DNA of 63,850 bases, counting the filler, from Streblomastix strix (taxonomy: Eukaryota), in NCBI GenBank assembly GCA_008636045.1. It is 4 parts of 4 records of this genome, joined end to end, with 100 filler letters (N's around TTAATTAATTAA, not from the genome) between each part and the next. Parts side by side here need not be neighbours in the genome. Positions count along the whole stretch, not along the records: positions 31,985 to 47,869 come from SNRW01000914.1; positions 47,970 to 63,850 come from SNRW01000915.1; 2 more parts are not named here. One strand, written 5' to 3'. The notes under the pieces were generated by a model. That model saw only the letters and a list, made by a program, of their open reading frames with translations. It ran no database searches and was not told the origin of the DNA. Shown here piece after piece: positions 38,141 to 52,600 of the stretch. Both the position numbers and the translations under genes were made by a program. The stretch's first letter is position 1; each line of letters opens with the position of its first letter.

Positions 38141-40533
38141 TCAACAATTGATTGGATGACTATGAAAATATTAAATAAGTAATATATATTAACTTTTGGA
38201 TTTAAATATATCAATATTATCTTCTGTTTGATAATTCTTAGAAAGTATTGAAAATAGCTTTAAATACAAAATTTGTCTAATAATCTATATTTTTATAAAC
38301 ATTTCTTCCTTTATTTGTTGATTAAGCTTAAATCTCTTCAAACCCACCATCTAATTCAATTAATTCTTCATTCGATTTAATTAACTAATCATATTTATTA
38401 AATAGGTTGCATTATTCACGAAGTCTTTTAAAGAGAGTTATTATACAATTTTATGTACCAATTATTTCTTCGTCATTTTCAATGATGCCTCCGCCACATA
38501 AAGATAGAGATTATATTGATGCACTTATATAGTTGAGATGAATGAGTAGAATTTATATCTTTTCATCTCCATTAGCTTAAAATTATTCCAAATTCCATCT
38601 ACTTAGCTTCCTGATTTCGGTTCCTTCTATGATATCTTTGTTTTCATCTTAATTCATGCTATTTATATTATTAAATTTAATTAAACTAATTCTAATTAGA
38701 GAATCAATTAATGATTGAATAGATTAAGAAATTAAATCCCTATGCTAACTGTTGAGAAGGAGTGAGATAAGTAACTTTAATAGAGTAACTATTAACTTAT
38801 GAGAAGGAATTGTTAGTTATTATGAAATTTCTTATTATTTATCAATGATTTATTTTTAATTATAAATTTATGAATTTATAAATGAAATTAAATATGAAGA
38901 TATATGTGATGCAATATCATGTTCTTTAATCAGAGTTCTATATAAACCATAATCATCCCACTGGAGGTATCCAATGATTTATAAAACAGTAATTTGCAGT
39001 TCATTGAGACATTGTTCATTATGTGAAATGATGTTTAATGAGCAGTGCAATTCAGGACTGCAGTTTATGTGAACGAGATTGAAAATTCGTGTCTGGAAGA
39101 ATTATGAAGTTTATTATGTAATAACATATGAACCATTCTTATATATTCTGTATTAACCTACAATTTTGACAATTTCTATTAATTTTTAGATGTTTATTTC
39201 AAAGTTTTTAATTAATTCTTTACTATCTATATTAATTAACTAATTTATTTTCTCTTTGAATTAGGAAACACTATTCATTACTCTACAAATATACCGATCC
39301 ATTACTTCTATGCAAATTCTTACTATATCAGTTTCTTCAGTAAATTTTCTATCTGTCATCTTTAAAAACACTTGAACTATATTTTCTAAATTAGAAGATT
39401 AACTGATATTTATTTACTTGTTATTATTAATCATGGCTTACCCTTTTATCACGCATTCCATCAATTTCATATATCCTTATTTCAATTACTTTTCATAGAA
39501 TTATATTTTATGTAAAAGATTTATGATATAAATTTATTTATAAATAATTTCATCAGAAATATTAATACTTTTCCCAAATTGTTTATATAATACAAATAGT
39601 GTCAATTATTCAAAAATTTCATCAACTTCTTTTTTTGATTTATACGAAGGATTTTCTTTAACTAAGTTCAGTTTTAATTCCTATTACTCTACTGATAATT
39701 ATTCCCATTAAATAAAGCTAGAATTTATTATGTCGAGAATGTCTTAGCTTGAATATACTGCTGATTCGTTAAGTTTCTTATTTCCCATTAATTTTCAATA
39801 AATTAATTTTAATTTGTTGATGGTTACTTATATTTATTCATTTTTACTTGCTGAGTTATTTGGAAAATTTTATTATATCAATATTTATTCAATCTTTTAT
39901 AAAAGACCAGATTATTTTATTCCTTTGAAGAATCTATTCTATCGTGTTTTATGGATTCCAATTTCAACAACCATCTCTAAAATATCAACAATCAGTCCAT
40001 CAAATGTTGAAAATTAATCTCCAAGATTCTCTTTAATAGATTTAAACAGATATTTGTTAAATATCTTTTTCATCTAGCTTATATTTTTCATTCTTAATAA
40101 ATCTAATTTTTCTTGAAGAATAATTATTTTTTCATTATTCGGTATGGAACATGATGAAATTAAACTAATTAAATCAGTTCTAATTTTGTCCAATTCTAAA
40201 AATTAGATAGTGATTAACAAAGAAACAATCAAATAAATTAAAAAAATTAAAAAATAATTAAATTAAATATATTAATTGATTAAATAGCAACATTAAATAT
40301 AATATATATATTAAGATAAAGATATACATTGTAAAAATAATAAATATCAAACCTTATTAATAAAGCGAATTTTATTTTATTAATACAGGTGGTTTTTTCT
40401 TATCATCTTTTTTTAACTCGATCTTTGAATAATTCAAATTGGGAATTGTAGTATCAGCTAATTTGGTAGATTCAATGTGAGCTTCATGTTAATCAGGATT
40501 ATTAACTTGATGATTACCACTTGGATTGGACAT
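38141..40533 (-). CDS. Hypothetical helical (ARM-like) protein
   Basis: ATG at 40533, GT-AG intron at ~40196-40352, then a long Leu/Ile-rich exon ending ...ELIELDGGFEEIQAQ...HPINC TGA at 38141. Confidence 0.6.
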
Positions 40534-41233
40534 AGTGAATATTAGCTGAAATGATACATATATTTATTAATAAAAAAAAATAAAAATAAAAAATATTTTT
40601 GTAAAGTAAATAATGTTACTATTAATAAACATTGTATAAATTAGTTAAATATTTTGTTGTATAACTTAAATAAATGGAATCTACTGAATAATACTAAGAA
40701 AATCTTTTGATATGAATGAAAATTGAAAAAAAAATATTGTTTGTGAATTAGTCGCTTGATAAGAAAATTAAATCAGTACTTAATATTTAAAGTCAATTCT
40801 ATTAATACATTTAATCAAATTTATTAACTATTTATTTTGATTTATTGGCAACTAACTTATTAAGATTGGTTTTAAAAAACATTCTTGAATACAATAATAA
40901 TTTTATTTAATTATTTCTAATAAATAAAGATTATTTCATACACATTAATGATAATTATTTATTGATCAAACTAACAAATAATTTTTGTTTTCAGATGGAA
41001 AACTCAGAGTAAATTAGAAATCAAATTAAATTAAGTTATTTTATCAGTGTTTATAAATCATTTATTGCACTGTTGGTAAAAATAATTCAATTATAAAACG
41101 TTTGAGACAAAAAACCATAATAAAGTCACTAAATATAACTATTATCGATAACAATGACTAAATAAATAAGAAATATGAATTAAAAAAAAAACTACCCCAA
41201 ATTCTAGATTATTTGATTGAATTATTTTTTTTT

Positions 41234-44201
41234 TCAGACTTAGCTAACTTTATTTTCTTTTCCATTACCAGATCCATCTTCCGCATTCGTATTTGTATTC
41301 GCATCCATATCCATATTCTAATTCATATTCATATTGCTTCTCGGATACATACCTTTAGTTTCCTTCACAAAAAATATACTGAAAATTATCTAGAACATGC
41401 AAAGCGTAAAAGTGATGATGAATACACCAGAATCACCGATTTTACTGGAAAGCGGCGAATATGCAGTGGTCACAATTAACCCAGAAATCTGCATAACGGT
41501 TACCATGAACGAGATAATTGCACTGGTGTATTGCTCTGGGTACCTGGGATGGATTGGATTGGAATGGATTATATGAGTATTTAGGCGGATAATAGATAAA
41601 AGAGTACAAAATAATAATGTAAAGTAAATGGAGTGTGGATAAATAATAATATAATATATTATTATATTTATAATTTAATCAATTAATATTTTAATAATTA
41701 ATTATTATTAATCAATTATCAACTTTTTTATTTATATATTAAATCATACATTTCAGAAATCATAACCAGGTATAAAGGACCAATACCAATTTCAATCCCA
41801 CTAAGAAACAATATTATCCCTATATATAAATAAGAAAGCAAATAATAATAATATTTTATTCTTAGAAATATATCAAATTCTTATTAATTAATTCTATTTC
41901 TCGTTTATTTATATTATATTCAAATTAATTTAATTTAATTAAGTGCTTAATAATAAAAAAAATACAATGCACACCAGGTAAAGACATGTAATATTGAATT
42001 TTATTATCAACCAAATATGGAATCAGGTTGCTCAACATAAGGATAAACATGCCAATAACCTGTATTAATGACCCAAAAACAAGAACTTTCTTTCTTCCTA
42101 CGCGATCAATCTGTATTGGTAATAGTATTAATATAAATATAATAATATATATGGAAATATAATAAAAATGAATTATTAAATGAAAAAGTAGGTAAAAATA
42201 AATAAATAAGCATATAACATATATTAATTAATAATAAATAATAGACTATAATAGATAGCATATTATCATAGATAATACATAATATATTATAATATATAGT
42301 TATAATAGATCATACAAAGAACAGCTGAGGAGTTGCCATTATACAAACCCAAGTCCCAATTACAAATGACAGCACAAGACTCATAATACGACGACTGACT
42401 CCAGCGTTCATAAGAACAACTTGAGAAGGTATATATTAATATGATAATAATAAATAAATAAATAAATAGAATGTGTTGAAATATTAATAGAAAATAATGA
42501 TAAATTATATATATTAATAAATAAATAAATAGAATTTGTTGATATATTTTATATTAAACAAATTAATAAGTAAAAATATAAAAATATACATAATTAAAAT
42601 AAAATAATAAATTAATATTTAAATTCAAAGATTGCACACTCTGCAGATAAAACAGAACTACATTCATTCCAGTGAAAGTGCTCAGTACACTAAGAATAAG
42701 GCCAATTATCAATTCTTTCCAGCATTGCTTTATTAAAGAAACTAGTGTTTTCCTGAATTGAGTGAATTTGCTTTAATTTTGTTTTTCTTATGTTTCTTAT
42801 TATTTTTATTCATTTGTTTATTATGAATCTGAAGTTGATGATTATTAATTTGTTTCAGTGTTAGTAGATTCACTCTATTCAGTTATTGATGCCACTTATT
42901 GAACTTTTGGCTATTCTTCATTTGAAGAATGAATTTATTCAGTTTATTGATCTTAATTATTGTTATTTTAGTCAACTTCAGTGAGTTCATTCATTTTCTG
43001 AGATTTTTATTCTTATTATTCCTCTTCTTATTTCTATTTTTATTTCTTTTATTCTTTCTGCATCAAAAACACTCCACTTTCAGGACAAAATAATGTAATG
43101 ATTCCAACAATAAGATTTGGAAGTGCAACTAAGGCAAATTCGTACCTAAAAAAATTGAATAGATAATAATAATATTATTTTCATATACAAATTTAAATAA
43201 TATAAATTAATAAAGTAAATTAATATTTAAATTCAATTAATTCTTCCAATATTCCCATTCAATTTAAATCAAAGTCAATTCAAAAAATCAATCCAATTCC
43301 AAACCACCTACCTAATATCCATATATCCATATTTAAATATCCACATATCAATATCAATATCCATATATCCATATATAAATATCTTTATATATCATATACC
43401 TCCAACCATTCTTCACATAGTTGAATGGTATATTGATCAACTATGATAGAGCTACTCCACCCATTGTAGTTACTCTTATAAGACCCACAAATTTTCCCCT
43501 CCATTTGTCTGAGGCCAGTTCTGCGGAATATGCTGGAGTCTTTATAAGAGATTGAATAGTGGATTGATATAATAGGATAAATTAATATATGTGGTATGGG
43601 TAAATTAATATATGAAATAATATCGATAATGAAATAATAGATAAAATAATTATTGAGTATTTAATAATTGATAATGAAAGAAATATAATTAAATCAATCT
43701 AATAAAATTAAAAAAATTATTCTAAATATTATTATTATTTTATCTATCTAACCGTAGCAGACAAAGCACCACTCCCAATTCCAGCAAGCGCTCTCATAAT
43801 AATGCATCCGGCAGTTGAATTCATCGCTGATATTAACGCAGTAAAAATAAAAGCTTCAAACGCAGCGAAGATGAACATTGGTTTCCTGCCGAAAATTTCA
43901 CTTAGGAAAGTTGGAAGGATTGATCTGAAAAATGTGAAAATTATAGATAATTTATTATGTTGATAGTTATTGATAATATATTAATTTGATGATATATAGA
44001 TTTTGCATACCCAATTACAATACCATAGGCTGCAGATGCAGAAAATACACCACGCATACTCGGACTGAGACCAATAAATTTTTCATCTCCTAGTATACCG
44101 CCTATAATTCCTATGGATGTTCCAAAACACAATCCCCCGCCAATACTTAAAAAAAGTGCCCAAGCATCATGCGATTTCAATTTTTTATCTACGGTCTGCA
44201 T
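41234..44201 (-). CDS. MFS sugar porter family transporter (8 exons)
   Basis: GGLCFGTSIGIIGG, SEIFGRK, RALAGIGSG, PAYSAELAS..WRG, CPES, TGMNVVLFY, IDRVGRKK, SEMYP and KETKG motifs, with GT-AG introns. Confidence 0.93.
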
Positions 44202-44871
44202 CTGTAAGTGAAAAGAATGAATAAAACCAAGAGTATTGATTAAAAATGTTATTCAAAAATTTGAATGTGAATTCATCAATAATACAAGTTTAATCACGAT
44301 CGCATATATAAGAATAATTATGCTATATAAAATAACGTAAATAATTTGTCTACTGTTCAATATTGTGTTTTATATTTGAAGTTATCACAAAAATAATTTG
44401 TTTGTTGGCAAAAGTCGGCAATTTTCCAATTGCATTTCGAATTAATTAAAATATTAATACTCCTTAAACAATTGTGAGCTATAAATAAAATATGCAAGGT
44501 ATATACAGTACTGTCGTATTTGTATTTTTAGCCATTCAAAAAAATATTTGAGTCTATCAATCGCCTACTATTATCATATTTATTAAGTTACTTAAATAAA
44601 ATACAAAAATCAAAAAAAGTAGAAATTTGTGTAAATAAATGGAAATAACCGGAAAAGAATGTAGAAAAAAATAGTGAAAAAATGTAGTAAAGAAGAAAGT
44701 GAATTGAATATTTAGGGACAATCAGTTAAAATAAAGATGTTAACTACTGAGCATATGCATGTGAATTGTTATTATTGTTATTATTATCATTAATATATTA
44801 TTTAATTTCTTATATATACATACTCAATAAAATATCCAATAAATACATATATTTCATCAATTCATTTCATT

Positions 44872-47751
44872 TCATTTTCGAACATTCGGTGATTTAATTC
44901 CAGCTTTTTATGTATTACCTGTTTGCGCTTTTCCAGACACAGGTCTATTAGATTATCCTGAATATCCAGATGATGATTGTGTATTTGTAACTCCTCGATT
45001 AGATCCAGTATTTTATTACTTGGAAGAACTAGTACTTCCTTTATTACCTGTGTTTATACCACTTCCAGCTCCTGTTCTTTTATTCTGATCTGATCCTGGT
45101 CGATTTTAGCCTTGGTTTGAACTATTGACATTACTATTGCTTTAATTAGAAGACGTTGTATTGCTTTAATTTTCCCTAATATCACGACCTATTCCAGTTA
45201 CTCCAGTAACTGCAGTGTATTTGTGCTATTAGGGTGATTATGATAATGAAGCTACAGTTGATTATATAGGTGCTGATTAACTGGATAGTTTATTTGATTA
45301 TTATTGTTATTATTATAGATTTGTATTATCTTTATCTTTATCTGATATAGTATTAGTATTTGTATTAGGTCCTTTCTTATTGGACAACCCCATATTTAAC
45401 CCAGATAGTCCTGATCGCATTCCTAGACCCGCAGATGGAGCTGCTTATTTGGATGGTTATTATTATTGGTGTTATTATTATAATGAATGACTAGATTAAT
45501 TACCTATATTGGAATCTTTATCTAATTATTATTATTACTATTATTATAAATAACTCTAACTCTACATCGGTGAACTACTGTTCTACAACTCACTCTCTTC
45601 GGTGATACTAACATCCTTATTATATATCTATGCATCTTCTTATCCTTATAGTTATTATTATTGTTGTTACTCAGAATTTGATTAGGAAGGAGTTTATATA
45701 GCCTGTTGTTTAGCTATAAGTTCAAGTGTAGGAGATAAGATGGTCAGATTGTTGCTTGGGGAGTTGGATTAAGGGAGATCGGATGCTGGAATTAAATATA
45801 TAGATATATAGATATAGATATATAAGAAATTATAATAATGATTATAATATGAATAATAAAAGTTATAATATAAATAATCGCATTTAATTTAAATTAAATT
45901 ATCATTTAAAATAAAATATAACAATATACAATATTTAACACTTAACATACACATAGGTGATCGTGAATTCCCAGGAATACTTGCTTATGGATTCACAGTT
46001 TAAGGATTAGCTGGGTTTGTATTTAATTTCCCACTGTTCTATTATTGTAATTACTGATATATTTATTATTACTAATTTTACTGTTGATTTTAATTCTAAC
46101 TCTAATTCAAAGCCAATCTTTTCTGCTGTGGTGATAGATTACCAGAATTAGTACTGCTAGTACTATTTATTGTGTTATTATTTGTATTATTATTATTTGT
46201 TGTTTATCTATTATTTAAGCTGCGAACTGGACTATTTGGATCATCATCATCGTCATCGCGATCCTGGTACTCTTCATTGTCGAATTCATCTGGGTAGAGA
46301 TCTCTGAATTGTTTATGGGGAATAGAATTATAGATATAATATGTATTTAGACAATGAATGAATTAAAAAAATATAAAAATAAATGAAAATGATATAAAAT
46401 AAATTAAAATTGAGTGAAATTAATTTTTTTATAATGTAAAATATAAATATTAAAATTATTTTAAATTAATTGGATTATTAAATTTAAAGATTCAAACCTA
46501 TAATTTTCTGGGCTCTTGTCTCTCGCAACCTTCTCAACAATTTGCCATTTAAGATCACTAGATGTAAATAAATAAATTAAATAAAATAAAACAATTAGTA
46601 TATAAATAAAATAATATATAAATAAATATATAAATAAAATAATATATAATTATTAATTAACTAATATAATTATATATAATATAATACCGCATATATCTCT
46701 ATTTAGCATCATTATCATTCTTCTTCTTGAATGAAGTTGCACATTGTGTGAAGAGGCTGAAATATTATAATAATAGTTAAAATAAAAGAATAAATAAATA
46801 ATAATAATTCATTTTTCTATTACTATTATTTAATATCAATAAAATTAACAAACCGTCCATCCATTTCCATAAACAGTTTCAAAGCAGAGAAAGTGAGTGA
46901 TATAACATTGGCATTCCAATGCTATTTAGTATTAGCATATAGAGCCATGAATAGTACTGGAATGGCTTGGTTCTAGTTGGATTAATAATGAAATTGTGGA
47001 TATTGGATAATGAATATAAAAATAAAATATATAATTAAGAATAAAAATTCAAATATATTTTATGATAATTTTTATCAATTAATAAAATAATACCTTTGTT
47101 TGAGATACAAGTTAGAGAATATATTCGTTAGTTAATAGTGAAAGTGCTTTTTCTGCGACCTAAAATATTATAAATAAATAAATTATATAAGAATAAGAAA
47201 TGAGAAATTATTTACTAATTATTAAAAATTTATTTTTATTTTTTTATGTATTCAATTAAGCTTTATAATTAATTTATACCTAGAATTGTGGAGTTTATAT
47301 ACATTCTGCGATCTTCTTGAATATTGTTGGTGCAAGAGGGTGAAGTTCCTAATTGTGAATAAAGATTTATAATAAAATAATAATAAAATTATAATTTGTT
47401 TTAATATACAGAAATATTAAAGATATATTAAATTAAATTAAAAAATAAACAAAAGTCATTTTAAGTTATATTTAATGCAATACCTCTAATGAAAGAGAAT
47501 CGATAATATCTTCCAGCTCAGTTAAAAAGAGAACCTATTAATAGAATAGAATATCAAAAATATGATTAAAAAATAAATTTATTTTAATTCTGTAATTTAT
47601 GTTAATTCGATTATTTCGAATAATTCACTCATTTCTATTATAAATATTTATTAATTATATATTCATTATAATATCACACTTGTTTAGGTGAGTTTATCTT
47701 TGGCCAATAGTGAACAAGTGTAGGAATTATTGTACGTGCTAAAGATGGATC
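44872..47751 (-). CDS. PPP2R5: PP2A regulatory subunit B' (B56), 5'-partial, with a long low-complexity C-terminal tail
   Basis: Exons encode DPSLARTIIPTLVHYWPKINSPKQ/VLFLTELEDII/...PQFQ/VAEKALSLLTNEYI/...LYANTKQHWNANV...LKLFMEMD. TGA at 44872. Confidence 0.92.
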
Positions 47752-47869
47752 CTAGTATAAATAATAAAATACGAATGTAAATAGAAATGAATGAAAAATT
47801 ATTATAAAGAAAAAATTATAGTTAAATTATTAATTTTGATGTATTATTATATATCTAATCAAAATATTT

Positions 47870-47969
47870 NNNNNNNNNNNNNNNNNNNNNNNNNNNNNNN
47901 NNNNNNNNNNNNNTTAATTAATTAANNNNNNNNNNNNNNNNNNNNNNNNNNNNNNNNNNNNNNNNNNNN
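47870..47969. other. Artificial contig spacer
   Basis: 44N-TTAATTAATTAA-44N. Confidence 0.97.
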
Positions 47970-48892
47970 TAATTTATAAACTGTCGTCCTCCAAATCCAC
48001 TCTGTTATTAACCTCCAAATAATCCAATTGGTTTATTTTGCCCTCTAAATCCTCCTTGCTATTATTATCCTCCAAATAATCCACTTGGCTTGTTGTGTTA
48101 TTAATAAAATCCTCCTTATTATTATTATTATTATTATTATTAACTTCCAAATAATCCTCCTCCTTATTATTGTCCTCCAAACATGTTTCCTCCTTAATGT
48201 TGAGGTTGACCTCCAAATAAATTAAATCCACTTTATTGAGTCTAACCGAATATGTTTCCTCTTTACTGTTGAGGTTAAGCCCCAAATAATCCTCCAAACT
48301 GCTGTTGATTAACTCCGATCATGCCTCCCTGTTGTTATATTTGTGGAGGTTATTCTGACAATTTACTATTTTATTGATCTTCGTGTGATTCTTATTTATT
48401 TGCTTGTTCATTTTATTACTCTAATTATCCAAATGGATTTATATCTGCATTTTGAGATGGAGCTAATGGATTTTATTAATCTTATCCTTTTTTTTCATCA
48501 ATCTTATTACTTTCAAGCTCTCTTTGTTCTATTTCCACTTATGCTTGGTTTTCTTCACCTGAAGGAGCAGGAGCTGATGAAGCACCTGCAGTTGTAAAAG
48601 GAATATTATTAACCCCAAATATATTTGCAGCAGGAGCTGTAGTAGAAGGAGCTGTTGCTGTATTAGAAGCTGGTGGTGGAGCAAATATGTTATTTCCAAA
48701 AGGTGTTGTAGTGCCAGAAGTTGCACCAAAAGGATTTGTAGCACCTGCAACATTTTCTGCACCAGTAGTATTAATAGTTACAACAGGAGGAATATTATTT
48801 TATGGCGGTTATGTTTTAGGTGTTGTAGTGCTAGAAGTTACCCCAAAAAGATTTGCAGAATCCGCAACATTTCTTGCAAATGGATTGCTCAT
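47970..48892 (-). CDS. FG/GLFG-repeat nucleoporin-like protein (3'-partial)
   Basis: MSNPFARN..NLFG..NPFG..NIFG followed by repeated GGLFG/SGLFGG/NMFGG units with Gln spacers. The frame is open to the contig end. Confidence 0.75.
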
Positions 48893-49697
48893 TGTATGAA
48901 ATCTGTAAATATAATAATAAATATAATAATAAATAACAGTACAAACAATATATCATTAAATATTTGAGAATGTGAATTTGAATAAGAAATAAACGAGTTT
49001 TTTTTAAAAAAAATAAATTTCAGTTTATGTGCAATTGAATGAATATCAAGGTTTGTATCTATTATAAACGATCATTAAAATCTCTAACATTAATTTTAAT
49101 AAAATTTTGGATGGATTTTAATGGTCATGCCAAGTTTCTCGCCCCCATTCTAAAAATTCAAAAAATTTCTTGGTATCTCTGATAAAATTTATTGTTTGAT
49201 AATTAATATAACTTCTATGTTTGTAATAAATGAAATTATAAAATCGTTAACTATTAAAAAGCATTATATAACTAATTCATGTTTAAATATTTTTTGTTTT
49301 ATTTAGCCCAAAACATAGGTTAATTCTTATATTTTTTTAAGAATTAGAACATAATAATATATTAAAAATTAATATTTAATCTGTAGAACAAAATATAATA
49401 AATTTGAAATTAATTATTAGTTTATAATATATACTCAGTCTAATTCTACAATTTTATTATACTCTATTAGTAATCATTATTTTTTTATAACTATTTAAAC
49501 ATTTATCTAAGCACTTTATATGATATTATAAATTTTTAATTTTTAATTTTTTTCTCAGTTATTTGTTTACTCTAACTGTTTATTAATTTTTTTTAAAATT
49601 TTATAATTAATTATAAATTAATTTTAAAAATTATTTTCCCTATAACAGCAAAGAGAGGTCTTAATTTTAAAAAGATCGTTTTTTTTTAGATTTTTAC

Positions 49698-52600
49698 ATG
49701 AGACATAAAGCAAAACTGTATGAGCAGAGCAACGAAGGAGCTTGGGAAGCAAAGGGAATTGGTTGGGTTGAAATTGTTAACAATGTATAAATAAATTTAA
49801 ATTATATCATTATTTTCTAAACTATTTTTTTATTTATTCTAGGAGCTAATAATGTTTAACGACAGTACCCAAGAAAATTTTGTTTATAGGGAGTCTATAT
49901 CTTCTTTACGAGATCACTATTAAAAAGAAGGTGGTTTGTTAATTTTAAATTTTTTTAGTAAATTTTTTAAATTTTTTTGATTTATTTTATTAATAAATTT
50001 TGAAGATACACTAATAGTTTGGAGTAGTGTAGATAAATAAAGTGAACTTTCGTTTAGTTTTCTAAAAGCTGAAGGTTGTGAATAGATCTGGAAAGGGATT
50101 CAAGTATTTGTAGAGATGATGAACAATCCAATTCTTTTAAAACCAACACCATATAATCTGAGTGATTTTGAAGATTATCTTAAATTGAGACGAGAAGATC
50201 AAATTTATGGATAATGGTTAGGACAGACATTTAAAAACCAAGAATTCCTCAATCAATTATATGAAATAAGAGAATCTATTCCAGATGTACCAAATGAAGA
50301 CATTAATTCAGAATCTAATAAATCAATTGACAAAGATGATGAAGATGATAAAAATGAAGAAGGAGATTCTGAGTCAATTGATAGTAATAGTAATTTAGGA
50401 TTAAGTATAGATTCATAATAACCATTTCCATTAACACAACCAACATAAGATACTGAAAAATAAACTAAAAAAGAGTAAAAACAAATCAAAGGGAAAAAAT
50501 CGAGATTAAAAGTTTTCCATTCTCTATTTACATTATTCTGCACAGCCATTTAGATTTGTGATGAAGATGTACTTGAATTGTTAATGAAGGAAGGAAATAA
50601 TATACGTACAATTGGATGCTTAGAATATAACCCAGTCTTATAAAGGAGAATTAAACACAGTGAATTTCTTATGAGACATTGCACTCTTCATACACCTGAT
50701 TGTATACACGATTAGAAACTAACGAGTATATTAAAGTAGAATTACTATATTAAATACTTAAAGGATGTTGTTCTTCCATTATAATTAGATGATAATCCTG
50801 CTTCTAGAATTAAAAGATTATAAGATTAAAATGTAACAAAACTATTCACAACATTTTTAGGGAAATAAATTCAACTGCAACAATTGATGGAATAATTGAG
50901 TAATGAAGCAGATGAAGCAGAAAAGTAAGAATGTGAAGCAATGATTGACTATGAAGAGAATATATATATAAAGGAATAAAGAAGGATAAAGAGAGCAAGA
51001 GGTGGAAGTATTAAATAAAGAGAAAATTAACAATCAGGTTAAAAGACAAAGAAAAGTAATAAGAAACTAAGAATGAATGTGAATATATTTACAGGAAATC
51101 TAAAAAATGTTGGAGCAAATACTGATATGCAGAAGGATTCAAATTCTGAACTACTTAATGATAAGAATGAGATGTATAATGAGAATGAAGAAGAGGAAGA
51201 AGATGATGATGATTAGGATGATACAGATGATGCAGATGAATTGGAATAATAGAATAACAAGATGTTAATTTAAAGACTTGATCCAAGTCTTCCAGAAATA
51301 TCTCTTTCTCCATTATCATATGATGCAGCTTTATTTGATAAGTTCCCAAAGCTTTCTTCAAGGCGTGTTTGTCTTCATTCGATGATTGAATTAGCTAAGA
51401 TGGCAAAAGAGATGCAACCTGATGATATGAACTTGTATTTGAGTTATGTTATATAGTAAAGGTCACTAACTGAGGTATTACACACATCTCTTATTCATCC
51501 TCATCCAAGAATTGCGCTTCTTGGAGCTGAATTATTCTAAGTTTTAGCTTCTATTAATATTGAAACTATTAGGAAGGTGATTGTTGAAGAGGATCCTGTT
51601 TATAGATTACTCAAACTTATCGTTCAACTTGCATCTGTCAATTCACAAATACCATATCAAGATTAATAGAAATCACTAAGCAACGAAACTTAAAAAATAT
51701 ACCAAAATGATAGGCATAATGAAACTAACCAAAAACTTAATCAAAAATCTAAATAAAAATAACAGTAGCGAAGAAGTTAAATGGATATAGAAACAAATTC
51801 TAATACATTAAAGAGAGACAATATTAAATAAAAAAGGAATTTTCCATATTAAAATTCATAACTGTATAAATCATCAGGAAGAAGATCATAAAAACATCTA
51901 GTTATTCTAACTCAATCACTTAGAACTCACCTATTGGATGTATTAAAGATCCTATTTGAACTTCCACTCTCTCCATTCTTAGGACCAGGATAAATAGGAA
52001 TTAATAATTAGTAGTCCATATATGGTAATGAAATGGGGAATGGATTGAGCGGAAATGGAATGTTTGGATCACAGAAAAATGAATTGGGTTAAATATTAGG
52101 GTTTGGAGTAGGAATGAATAGTGGTGGATTAATTGGTGGGATGGGAAAGTAACAACCAGATGAAAATTAAGTGAAATTAGTTGAGTAATTCTTCATGAAT
52201 TTTGCTGAGTAGTTATTTTAACCAATTATTAGCATACCAATCATACCACCTTCAAAGTCATCAATTGAATTACCAATACAAATTAGTTTCTTATCTAATC
52301 AGACATCTCCAACAAAAATGGATAAGAATGAGTTATTTATTGATAACTAATTATCTACAAGGATTGAAAGTAAACATAGATCTGTAATTTTCAATAGTTT
52401 GAAAAGGGATGAATAATAAAATGAAGTAATATTTGCCAACGATGGAGTATAACTTCAATTAAAAATGCTAATCAGACTTTCAATTGAACCTAATAAACGT
52501 CAATCATAAAGAAATAATTAATATAAAGATTAAAATAAATAAAGAGAGAATCAAACTTCAACTTTTTTATTACCATTAACATCAGCTTCTCCGTCAAATA

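Noticed and set aside
15896..47969. Repeated TTAATTAATTAA within N-runs, and apparent gene linkage across them
   Set aside because: These are artificial spacers joining length-sorted contigs, so adjacency across them (e.g. B56 near PP4R3, or two DUB-family genes in one window) has no biological meaning.
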